A stretch of DNA of 64,000 bases from an uncultured Nitrospiraceae bacterium (GTDB lineage: Bacteria > Nitrospirota > Nitrospiria > Nitrospirales > Nitrospiraceae). The notes beneath the pieces are model-generated. The model searched no databases. It was not told where the DNA came from and saw nothing but the letters and a program-made list of their open reading frames with translations. The position numbers and the translations under genes are program-made. Positions 11,406-20,592 of this stretch are shown here, in pieces (within the stretch, counting starts at the first letter, position 1; each line of letters opens with the position of its first letter). Location of the stretch: NCBI GenBank assembly GCA_963706325.1, contig CAVPLT010000004.1, positions 800,001-864,000 on the forward strand. Direction: 5' to 3'.

Positions 11406-11479
11406 ACTCTAGCAAACTCCCGGAAGACAGCTACTAGGGAAACCTCTCGGCTTCCGAATCACGCTAGGGAAGAGTCCGG
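11406..11479 (-). promoter_or_regulatory. Degenerate CTAG-N8-CTAG boxes (11434-11449, 11464-11479) and extended -10 TGcTAGAGT for the csp3 unit
   Basis: CTAG-N8-CTCG on the + strand; 22 nt to TAGAGT (11406-11411) on the minus strand. Confidence 0.68.
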
Positions 11480-11943
11480 CTGGAAGGAGGCTCAATGATT
11501 GATGAGAGCGCCACGCTGTCAATCGTGCTCTCGGTTTTGCCATTGCAGCGGCTGACCGATCACCTCTTGCAGGGACGGAGAAAGAAGGTTGGGACCGAGA
11601 CAATCGCAATGTGGGAACCGGAGAGAAATGGTTGGTTTCGTGAAGCGGTTGAAAAAAGCTTCGTGCCTTCTCGGCAAAGCCGCCTATTTCACGCGGTTCG
11701 GACCGTGTCGTGGTTACGGAAACTTCATTCCAACAGGGAGTTTTGCCAATGATCTAGAGATAAGCGCCAGAATGGATGCTGCTGGTCAACCCTGTTGTCG
11801 CGGGCCATCTTCGATCTGAATGAACATACAAGCAATCAAATTCATACAGATCGTTACATGAGATCTTTGTGCCTGGTGTTAGCCTCAGCCCGTTTTTCTT
11901 GGTGGCATCGCACCAGGCATATGGCGACCGGCTCTGGGCAGGC

Positions 11944-12408
11944 TTAGGTCTGGGCTACCAGGGATACATCTGAATTTTCCGCAAGTTCGATAGAATACTG
12001 ACCATGACCGAGGTAGCTCAAGCGGATCTGCCCATTCCGGCTCAATCGGTCGACTTCCGAAAATACCTGATTCCACGTCAAGGTTGGGCAGGCCCGGACG
12101 AGCATATCAAGGTCACACTTCTGGACGCTGGAGAAAACATCCAATATTGCGGCAGATGCATTGTTTTGAGCACTGAGCTGTGTGGCGCTTCCTGGCGTTG
12201 TTTCACCGTCGGATTTGCATAATTTGCTGAACTGCGCCGAGCAGTCGGGACAATAGGTGTTGGTGAGGTGATATTCGCCGCTGGAAATGTGATGGGTGTG
12301 CAAAAAAACACCAAGCGTACTCCAGGATTCTTTCCGACTAGCCGGCTGCACATGCTCGCGAACCCGATTACAGACACAACATATAGGGATGACGATGGCA
12401 GCGTTCAT
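11944..12408 (-). CDS. Hypothetical protein: CxxC...CxxC zinc-binding N-terminal domain and putative winged-helix C-terminal domain
   Basis: PICCVC...YCPDC; C-terminal LVRACPTLTWNQVFSEVDRLSRNGQIRL; RBS GGAGGGG. Confidence 0.7.
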   Translation of the reverse strand: MNAAIVIPICCVCNRVREHVQPASRKESWSTLGVFLHTHHISSGEYHLTNTYCPDCSAQFSKLCKSDGETTPGSATQLSAQNNASAAILDVFSSVQKCDLDMLVRACPTLTWNQVFSEVDRLSRNGQIRLSYLGHGQYSIELAENSDVSLVAQT

Positions 12409-12456
12409 TGTACCCCTCCCATGACAGAATGAGGTGCGCGGTGAAACGTGGAGTGA

Positions 12457-12501
12457 ATCGTATTCGCGTTGGGCCCATCAGCAAACTAGGAGGTCCCCTA
12501 G
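12457..12501 (-). promoter_or_regulatory. CTAG-N8-CTAG box (12486-12501) and -10 TACGAT (12457-12462)
   Basis: Perfect palindrome; 23-nt spacer. Confidence 0.75.
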
Positions 12502-12655
12502 TTTCTTTGTGGGAAAATAAGAGCAAGGGAATCACCTTTGTCTGATTGTAGGGATCGGTGGACCCGCTAATTGGATGCATTATGCACTAGGGATCAGGAG
12601 AGAGGCCCGAGACATGGCCTTTGCACTTGGATGTAGAAAGTCCAGCAGGGTGATC

Positions 12656-14375
12656 CTATCCAGCAGTCGGAAGCGTGTACCGTTCCTCGATGGCCGCTCG
12701 AACGAGCCGCCGGCTCTCGCTGACCGGCAGATCAGACTGCTCTTCGATAGCGCGGACAGTTTGAGCGAGGGTATCGTCCTTGATCGCCTCCTTGATCCAG
12801 GCTGAATAGTCGTGGGCCTGCAGATGGTGTAACCAGGTGGCCTCATCCACTCCATCGCCGAGTTGCATGAAAAGACACCAGATTTTGAGCTCGGAGATTG
12901 AGATGTTTCGCAGGACCCGTGAAGTAAAAACTCCGATCCGGCGGGAGTTCGCCTTCGGCATATTTTCGTCGATGCCGCCGGCGTTCTGTGGTGCTTGGTG
13001 CGATCTTCAGCAGGAAAGGGGGTTCCTGCGAGGCGCGATCCCACATCAGGGCGCGACCTGGTTCAAGGTCTGAGCCTCGCACGAATGGGGTCGACTGGTG
13101 GATCGCGGAGCAGTAGGATCCAATCGTCATCTCGGGCGACCTTCCTAACGCAAACACCATGTCCACGCTCGCGAGGATGCACGGCTCGATCTGGTCGGGA
13201 TGAACGGTGACGTACATCATGCCGCTTAACTCTTTTGCGAGGGCCAGCGCCGTGGGATTGCCGTCCGTAGGAAGCAGGTGATGCGTTTCATCCACGAGCA
13301 CCCAATGCGGTCGGCCGGTTTGTGCACGCAGCTCCTGAAGCTTGGGAAGCAATCCTAAGAAAAATGAAGGCCGGTCTTGTATAGGCAGACCGACCAGATT
13401 CACGACGACATGATTATCGGGATTCGCCAAGGCCGTCAGAATTTCAGAGAGGCTGGGACCGCCGTGCGCCGTTCCGAGGACAATCGCCTGGGGAAAGGTT
13501 TCATAATCACCTTCCGGATCGATGACGCACAATTGATACCCTCGTTCGCCGAGCCGCTCAAGGAGGCCGGTGGCCAGGGTTGATTTCCCGCTGCCGGAGG
13601 TCCCGGCTATCAGTAAATTTTGGCGTGCCGGATAGAGGTTCACTTCATCGCCGTTATCCCGGCTTCCAAGGAGGATTCGATGCCTCGACACAGACTGTTC
13701 CCCTACCGCCAGGTCGTTTGACACTAGGTCGTTGATCAGCTCGATGACGCCCCTGCCACGGCTTCCGGCCGTCGTCCGATCCGCCGTTTCTTTGAGCATA
13801 GGCACGGCGTTCGCGACGGCCACGCCATATTCCGAGAGGGTAAGCATCGCATGATCGTTTTCCCCGTCGCCAATTGCCGTCACATTATGTGGCGAGAGAT
13901 TCAACTCTTTGAGCGCCGCCGTGAGGCCGGTGGCTTTGTTGACTCCCGGGGAAAGCACCATGACGGCGCCTTTATTGAAGATGATCCGCAGTTCTAGACC
14001 AAGATCGCGGATGATATCCAGGATGACGGTTTCGTAGGGCACCCGAGTCGCGACGATCGAATGCCCGATGCTGAGATGTTGCACTCCTCGACGCTGCACT
14101 TCGTCCAGGAAGGCCGGGCGAGGGGCGGGGGCGAGCAGGGTGACCTCCTTGGTGGCAGGACGGTAGAGAACCGCGCCGTTTTCTGCCACTACGCGTTCGC
14201 AGAGGGTGATGTGAGGAAAGATCTCCAATAATTCCGGCAAGAGTCGTCCCGTAACCAGGATCAATTTGCGACCGGAGGCCACCAGTCGTTCGATCGCTTC
14301 AACGGTGTCTGGAGTGACGGTTCCGTCAGTAGCTAAGGTTCCGTCATAGTCTGCTGCCAATGCTAAGTAACGCAT
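12656..14375 (-). CDS. HAD-IIB (Cof-like) hydrolase fused to a P-loop ATPase domain; frameshift at ~12875
   Basis: DYDGT, GVNKA, GDGEND; Walker A GTSGSGKST; Walker B VLVDE; C-terminus continues in ORF 12656-12961 (FMQLGDGVDEATWLHHL). Confidence 0.85.
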
Positions 14376-14679
14376 CTCACACGTTCCCTTCCCGACGAAC
14401 TGGCCCCTCTTTCAGCGGCATTGATTCGCCCTATCTGTAGAGTCCTTGGCGTCACGCGTGAGCTTGGAACTCTCCTGTCAGATTCCTAGCTAGCGGCGCG
14501 CATCACCCATGACCACAGAATACAGAGAGGGGAGAGGACCCGATGTCCATGCCCATCATAAGCTTCAACCTTGCTAGTGTTACGTCATGGCCTCTCTGGC
14601 AATCGTCTGTGCGAGATGCACGACGTTTGTCGCGCCAACTCCACAGGGCTTCAGGAAACGAGTCAGCGCTGTGCGCTGC

Positions 14680-16230
14680 CTAAGTCTGGGCTCTTTTCAC
14701 AGGGCTGAGATCGCTGGTCGCAGGGCCATTGAGAACTTTGCCGAGTTTGTCGAACCGCGAACCGTGGCAGGGACAGTCCCAGGTTTTTTCCGAATGATTC
14801 CAGGCCACGATGCAGCTGAGATGTGGGCAGACGGCGGAGCAGGTGTGAAGAATCCCTTGCTCGTCGCGGTACGCCGCAATTTTTGTGAGTCCCTCCCTGA
14901 GCACGGCTCCCTGATCCTTCGGAATTTTCTCTGGACCGTCCACGTCGCCTCCGGTGACCCAGTCGGTATATTGCGCGGCGACGTTCAGGTTTTCGCGCAG
15001 GAATTCGCCGGCGGCGCGAACGGGTTGGCGTGACGGATCATAGAGAGATGCCCAAGCGGATTCACGGCCCATGATCAGATCGGTGATCAAGAGTCCGGCG
15101 ATGGTCCCGTGAGTCATCCCCATGCCGGAGTCACCCGTCGCTACGTATACATTGTCGCTATCACCGGGGTTCCGGCCGATGAATGCTAGCCCATCCACCG
15201 ATTCCATCACTTGTCCGGACCAACGGAAGTCCACTGTCTGCATGAAGGGAAAGCGCTCACGCGTCCAGGCCTCAAGTCGAGCATACCTTGCTTCAGAATC
15301 ATCGGCTTGCCCCGTCTTATGATCCTCACCGCCGACGATAAGAACCGCCCGGTCTCCGCCTTGTGGTAGTGACTGCTGATGGATTCGCACATAGTGGTAG
15401 GGATCCAGCGTATCCCAGAACAACGCCGGTTCAATCGATCCGACCGGTATGGTGGCGCCAATCACGTAACTGATATAGGGGGCCTGTTTGGTATGAATCG
15501 TCACCATGTCGTTGATGGGCGTATTGGTCGCCACCACGACGGCATCTGCGGTCACGACGCATCCTTGGCTGGTTTCCAGCTTAATCTGTTTGCCGCTTTC
15601 GACGGTCGTGACATGCGCGTTGCTGAAGACTCGTCCCCCGCCTGTTTGAATGGCCTTGACCAACCCCGATACATACTTCAAGGGGTGAAATTGACCCTGC
15701 TTGGGAAACCGCAGGCAGGGGCCCGTCATAAACTTTACCCCAGGCAACCGTTCGAGTCGCTCGATACCATCGACGCCGGCCCGTCGGGCGGCCTGCCATT
15801 CTTCGTCGATTACATCGCGGGAATCGTCGGATGGCGCAAAGAGATAGCCGGTCAGCCTGGTGAAATCGCAGTCGATGCCTTCGCTGGTCCGTGTTCTGTC
15901 GATCCAGTCAATGGCTGCCATATGACTACCGGCTGCCAATTTCGCGCCGGATTTCCCGTGGAGACGTTCTATTTCAACGTAGCGGTCGTCGATGGCATTC
16001 GAGAGATGGGCCGTCGTCCTCTGCGTCATGCCACCGCCAGGTTGTCCAGCGTCCAACAAGATAACGGATTTGCCCTCTTTCATCAGGCAGTACGCCGTTG
16101 TGGTCCCGGCGATTCCCGCGCCCACAACACACACGTCGGCGTGAGCTCCTACGTCCAATGGCGGCACAGCCGTTACGTCCTGCAACATCCAGAGAGAAGT
16201 ACTTTGTCCAGATTCGTTGTGCATCATCAT
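14680..16230 (-). CDS. FAD-dependent oxidoreductase with C-terminal Rieske [2Fe-2S] domain (YhfW-like)
   Basis: VVGAGIAG dinucleotide-binding motif; CPHLSC...WDCPCHGSRF. Confidence 0.92.
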   Translation of the reverse strand: MMMHNESGQSTSLWMLQDVTAVPPLDVGAHADVCVVGAGIAGTTTAYCLMKEGKSVILLDAGQPGGGMTQRTTAHLSNAIDDRYVEIERLHGKSGAKLAAGSHMAAIDWIDRTRTSEGIDCDFTRLTGYLFAPSDDSRDVIDEEWQAARRAGVDGIERLERLPGVKFMTGPCLRFPKQGQFHPLKYVSGLVKAIQTGGGRVFSNAHVTTVESGKQIKLETSQGCVVTADAVVVATNTPINDMVTIHTKQAPYISYVIGATIPVGSIEPALFWDTLDPYHYVRIHQQSLPQGGDRAVLIVGGEDHKTGQADDSEARYARLEAWTRERFPFMQTVDFRWSGQVMESVDGLAFIGRNPGDSDNVYVATGDSGMGMTHGTIAGLLITDLIMGRESAWASLYDPSRQPVRAAGEFLRENLNVAAQYTDWVTGGDVDGPEKIPKDQGAVLREGLTKIAAYRDEQGILHTCSAVCPHLSCIVAWNHSEKTWDCPCHGSRFDKLGKVLNGPATSDLSPVKRAQT

Positions 16231-16285
16231 CTCCTTGCCATAGTCGCATCGCATAGACTCAGCCGCGAGCGGAGGTCACGCTGTG

Positions 16286-16407
16286 AGCCTAATGGAGACA
16301 GCGGAGAATACAGCTAGGGATGGGCCTAGTTCATACTGATTCCGATGACGCGCAGGGTCCGCCTAGGGATTATCCGAGTTGGCCGCGCGCGTCGCTACCG
16401 CTATTTT
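16286..16407. promoter_or_regulatory. Divergent promoter pair, each with a box: 16314-16329 (-10 TAGGCT, minus) and 16363-16378 (-10 TATTTT, plus)
   Basis: CTAGGGATGGGCCTAG with a 22-nt spacer; CTAGGGATTATCCGAG with a 23-nt spacer. Confidence 0.72.
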
Positions 16408-16457
16408 AAATCGTCTGATGAATAAACCGGTACAAGCCTGGAAAGTCACACGATTGC

Positions 16458-16649
16458 ATGAAAATTTGCCCCTATGATTGCAACCCTTGCGCAGACCTCT
16501 CTTGTCTGCATGATGGATGCAAACTGATCACTGAATCGGTCCATCTGATTTGCGACGGCTGTGGCGAACCGGTCCGTTGCGTGAATTGCGCGCATCTATG
16601 TGTCGCCTGTGTCCACCTCCCGGATAAGATTTTCATAGAAAACGACTAA
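16458..16649 (+). CDS. Small Cys-rich protein (11 Cys, 4 His in 63 aa), putative metal-binding
   Basis: Several CxxC motifs; ends 9 nt before ku; RBS is weak. Confidence 0.5.
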   Translation: MKICPYDCNPCADLSCLHDGCKLITESVHLICDGCGEPVRCVNCAHLCVACVHLPDKIFIEND

Positions 16650-16658
16650 GGTGTACCC

Positions 16659-17519
16659 ATGCCTCGATCCCTGTGGAAAGGATCCATCAGCTTTGGCCTC
16701 GTGAATATTCCGGTCGTGCTCTATTCGGCCGAGAACCGCAATAGCTTCGATCTCACCCTCTTAGATCGGCGGGATATGCACCCGGTTGGCTTCAAGCGCT
16801 ATAACAAGGAGACCGGGAAAGAAGTCAGTTGGGATCAGATTGTCAAGGGATACGAATATGAGAAGGGTCGGTACGTCGTTCTGACCGACGAAGACTTCCG
16901 GCGCGCCAATGTCGAAGCTACCCAAACCATCGACATTGTAAATTTTGTGCAAGCCGAGGACATTGCGCCCACCGCGTTTGAAATGCCCTATTATCTGGCG
17001 CCCGACAAACGAGGAGAAAAGGGGTATGCGCTCCTGCGCGAAACTTTGAAGAAAACCGGCAAGGCCGCGATCGCGACGGTTGTCATTCGCACGAGACAAT
17101 ATATCGCCGCGCTTCTTCCGTGGGACGACATGATGGTCTTGAACACCCTGCGGTATGCCACCGAGCTTCGTCCTACCAAGGACCTGGAAATCCCGGCCAA
17201 GAGTCTCAAAGCCTCCGGGGTCACTCCGCGCGAGCTGGAGATGGCTGCCAGGCTGGTAGAGGAAATGTCCGAAACCTGGAAGCCCGCTCAGTACAAGGAT
17301 ACGTATCATGACGATTTAATGCGGCTGATCAATAAGCGCATCAAAGCCGGAAAAACGGAAGTGATCACCGCTCCGACAAAAGACCGAGACGATGAAAGCC
17401 CGGGACGCGCGAAGGTCGTCGACCTGATGGCGCTGCTGAAGCGAAGCGTGCAGCAACCCAGAAAAGCAAAACAGCCGCCGTCCAAGAGCGAGCGGGACAG
17501 CAGTCGCAAAACCGCATGA
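16659..17519 (+). CDS. ku: Non-homologous end-joining protein Ku
   Basis: MPRSLWKGSISFGLVNIPV; basic C-terminal tail; VVDLMALLKRS. Confidence 0.97.
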   Translation: MPRSLWKGSISFGLVNIPVVLYSAENRNSFDLTLLDRRDMHPVGFKRYNKETGKEVSWDQIVKGYEYEKGRYVVLTDEDFRRANVEATQTIDIVNFVQAEDIAPTAFEMPYYLAPDKRGEKGYALLRETLKKTGKAAIATVVIRTRQYIAALLPWDDMMVLNTLRYATELRPTKDLEIPAKSLKASGVTPRELEMAARLVEEMSETWKPAQYKDTYHDDLMRLINKRIKAGKTEVITAPTKDRDDESPGRAKVVDLMALLKRSVQQPRKAKQPPSKSERDSSRKTA

Positions 17520-18631
17520 GTCTAGCGATGAAATCCGCCGCCCTTCCCACCAGTCAGGCCGATTCACAACGACTACTTGAGGATTCTATCCGCTCGGCTA
17601 AGGCTGCCGGTTTGCGCTACTGCCTTGACCTCGCGCCGGGGATCGTCCGGAAGGGACCAGGCAAGAAACCCTCCTACATTCGTCCTAACGGCACCGTGGT
17701 CCGGGAGCCCGGATGTCTGAAGAGGATTCGGTCCCTCGTCATTCCACCGGCCTGGACCGACGTCTGGATATGTACAGATCCGCAGGGGCACCTCCAGGCG
17801 ACCGGCCGAGATGCCAGAGGCCGCAAGCAGTATCGGTATCATCCCCGCTGGAATCACATCAGAAATGAGAGCAAATATGATCGCCTGCTCACCTTCGGGC
17901 GGTTGCTGCCCAGAATCCGCAGACGAGTGGCCGCCGACTTAAGACGTTCCGGTTTGCCACGGGACAAAATTTTAGCGACTGTGGTGCGACTGCTTGAGGT
18001 CACGTTAATCCGTATCGGCAATGAGGAGTATGCGCGGACAAACGAATCGTTCGGCTTGACTACGTTGAGGGATCGTCATGTAAAAGTGAGGGGCTCTACC
18101 CTGCGATTTGAATTTCGAGGGAAAAGCGGAATCCGTCACAGCGTGGATATTACCGACCGGCGCTTGGCCCGCATCGTCAAACAAAGTCAGGATCTTCCAG
18201 GATATGAGTTGTTTCAGTACCTGGACGAGGAAGGGGCGCGTCGTTCCATCACCTCCAGTGATGTGAATGGGTACCTGCAGCGGGTGGCGGGTCAAGAGTT
18301 TACGGCGAAGGACTTCCGCACGTGGGCCGGCACGGTGTTAGCCGCGCGGGCGCTCAAGGAATATGAAGACCAATGCGAGTCTGTCACCAAGGCAAAACGA
18401 AACGTCGCCGCGGCGATTGGGGTCGTTGCCCGGCAATTGGGCAATACGAAGGCCGTCTGTCGCAAGTGTTATGTGCATCCTGGAATTGTTCAAGCCTACT
18501 TGGATGGGACATTGCTGGACCGTCTCAGCCGGACCATGGGACGAGAATCATCTCGGTCATTACGGCATCTCCCACCTGAAGAATGGGCCGTTCTTGAATT
18601 CCTGCGTGAGCGCCTTCTGCCATCAGACTAA
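17516..18631 (+). CDS. DNA topoisomerase IB (bacterial/poxvirus type)
   Basis: IPPAWTDVWI, GHLQATGRDARGRKQYRYH, RIGNEEY, FRGKSG, KDFRTW, LGNTKAVCRKCYVHP; catalytic residues intact; ATGA overlap with ku. Confidence 0.95.
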   Translation: MSLAMKSAALPTSQADSQRLLEDSIRSAKAAGLRYCLDLAPGIVRKGPGKKPSYIRPNGTVVREPGCLKRIRSLVIPPAWTDVWICTDPQGHLQATGRDARGRKQYRYHPRWNHIRNESKYDRLLTFGRLLPRIRRRVAADLRRSGLPRDKILATVVRLLEVTLIRIGNEEYARTNESFGLTTLRDRHVKVRGSTLRFEFRGKSGIRHSVDITDRRLARIVKQSQDLPGYELFQYLDEEGARRSITSSDVNGYLQRVAGQEFTAKDFRTWAGTVLAARALKEYEDQCESVTKAKRNVAAAIGVVARQLGNTKAVCRKCYVHPGIVQAYLDGTLLDRLSRTMGRESSRSLRHLPPEEWAVLEFLRERLLPSD

Positions 18632-18638
18632 GGGGGAA

Positions 18639-20564
18639 ATGAGCATGAAAGGGTCGGGCAGAGCGGGCGCGCCGAAGCATTCACCTGTCCATCAAGAGCC
18701 GGTTGGTTCCCGCCACCGCCTCGGAGCCCAGGTGACGGCAGAAGGGATCTCTTTCCGTTGCTGGGCGCCGAAACCCACGCGGGTGGAGGTTATCCTTCAC
18801 CCTCAAGGAACCATTTATGCCATGACCAAAGAGGACGATGGCCATTGGGTTGGAGTCGTCCCCGAGGCGACGGCCGGTATGACCTACCGATACCGATTGG
18901 ATGGAAGGGAACTCTTCCCGGATCCTTGCTCACGGTTTCAACCTGAAGGACCCCATGGGCCGTCATTGATTGTGGACGCTGACGCCTTTGAGTGGAGAGA
19001 TCACGATTGGCTGGGCCTGACCATGCATGGTCAAGTGATCTACGAATTGCACATCGGCACGTTGACGCCGGAGGGAACGTTTGACTCAGCCATCGCTCAT
19101 CTTGACGAACTAAAAGACCTGGGCATCACTATAATAGAAGTCATGCCGGTGGCGGAATTTCCGGGTCGATGGAATTGGGGCTATGACGGAGTGGGGCTGT
19201 ATGCTCCGGCCCATGTCTATGGTGATCCTGAAGCCTTCAAGCGATTCGTCGACGAAGCGCACGCGCGAGGGCTCGGCGTGATACTCGACGTGGTCTATAA
19301 CCATCTGGGCCCGGATGGAAATTATCTGCCCGCCTTCAGTGATCATTATTTTACAGATCGCTATCCCAACGAATGGGGACAAGCCATCAATTTCGACGGG
19401 CCTGGCTCCCAGGGAGCGCGCGAGTTTTTCATTGAGAACGCCTGTTATTGGATCGAGGAGTTTCATTTGGACGGGCTCAGACTGGATGCGGTGCATGCGT
19501 TCCATGATGCCGGTCCCCTTCATGTCGTCGCGGAGCTGTCTCAAGCGGCAAGGAAAGCGGCCGGAAAACGATCGATTATTCTCATAGCCGAATGTGAAGC
19601 GCAGTGGGTCTGCACCATTCAACCGGTCGCGCAACAGGGGTGGGGATTGGATGGAGTATGGAGCGAGGATTTCCACCATGCGGCGCGCGTGGCGGCCACC
19701 GGGCGAAGCGAAGGCTATTTCACCGACTATCGCGGCGCGCCGCAGGAGTTCATTTCATGCGTCAAGCGGGCATTTTTGTACCAAGGGCAACGATACCAAT
19801 GGCAAGAGAAACCGCGTGGGACCGTCGTCGCGCGCGAGCCTGCGGAAAGCTTCGTGTTTTTTACCCAAAATCACGATCAGATTGCCAATCAATTACGTGG
19901 AGATCGGCTGCATCAGAAAACCAGTCCGGGCGTGTCGCGCGCCTTGACGGCCCTGCTGCTCCTGGCTCCGGAAACGCCGATGTTGTTCATGGGGCAGGAG
20001 TTTGCAGCTTCTGCTCCGTTTTTGTTCTTCGCCGATTTTCCGCCTGGCGAACTCGCCCGGCAAATTCGTGAGGGGAGGAAAGGGTTTCTCGCCCAATTTC
20101 CCAGCTATGGGTCGCCGGACGCACAGGCAGCCATTGCCGATCCTTGCGATCCCGCCGTCTTTCAGCGCTCCAAACTCGATTGGTCGGAACGTGAACGGAA
20201 CGGCGAGTGTTATCGGCTACACCAGGATCTGCTTCGGCTCCGTCGCGAAGATCCGGTCATCGCGCAGCAAGCGCGGAATCGGGTAGAGGGCGCCGTGATC
20301 GGACCGTCGGCCTTCGTACTGCGTTACGCCGGCCAGGAGGGAAACGACCGGCTTCTTCTCATCAATCTTGGGGCAGATTGTAATTATCGTCCAGCTCCGG
20401 AACCTCTGCTCGCTCCATCGGAGGGCTGCGCCTGGTCGCTCGTCTGGTCGAGTGACGCTCCGGAGTACGGAGGTCCCGGCGTGATCGAGCCGTTGACGGA
20501 AACTGGCTGGTTTGTACCGGGTGGATCGGCGGCTTTCTATGCCGCGCAGGACCGTGACGTGTGA
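18639..20564 (+). CDS. treZ: Malto-oligosyltrehalose trehalohydrolase (GH13)
   Basis: PDPCSRFQPEGPHGPS, YELHIGT, NWGYDG, DVVYNHLGPDGNYL, DGLRLDAVH, QNHDQ. Confidence 0.92.
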   Translation: MSMKGSGRAGAPKHSPVHQEPVGSRHRLGAQVTAEGISFRCWAPKPTRVEVILHPQGTIYAMTKEDDGHWVGVVPEATAGMTYRYRLDGRELFPDPCSRFQPEGPHGPSLIVDADAFEWRDHDWLGLTMHGQVIYELHIGTLTPEGTFDSAIAHLDELKDLGITIIEVMPVAEFPGRWNWGYDGVGLYAPAHVYGDPEAFKRFVDEAHARGLGVILDVVYNHLGPDGNYLPAFSDHYFTDRYPNEWGQAINFDGPGSQGAREFFIENACYWIEEFHLDGLRLDAVHAFHDAGPLHVVAELSQAARKAAGKRSIILIAECEAQWVCTIQPVAQQGWGLDGVWSEDFHHAARVAATGRSEGYFTDYRGAPQEFISCVKRAFLYQGQRYQWQEKPRGTVVAREPAESFVFFTQNHDQIANQLRGDRLHQKTSPGVSRALTALLLLAPETPMLFMGQEFAASAPFLFFADFPPGELARQIREGRKGFLAQFPSYGSPDAQAAIADPCDPAVFQRSKLDWSERERNGECYRLHQDLLRLRREDPVIAQQARNRVEGAVIGPSAFVLRYAGQEGNDRLLLINLGADCNYRPAPEPLLAPSEGCAWSLVWSSDAPEYGGPGVIEPLTETGWFVPGGSAAFYAAQDRDV

Positions 20565-20592
20565 GGCGACAGGCACCGAGTCCGAACAGGGA

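Noticed and set aside
11495..11752. 85-aa ORF with a good RBS, divergent from csp3
   Set aside because: No recognisable motif; may be a decayed gene; not enough support to call
14435..14495. Possible degenerate boxes upstream of the HAD-ATPase gene (CTAG-N8-CAGG, ACAG-N8-CAAG followed by TACAGA)
   Set aside because: Too many mismatches and an imperfect -10; not counted in the regulon
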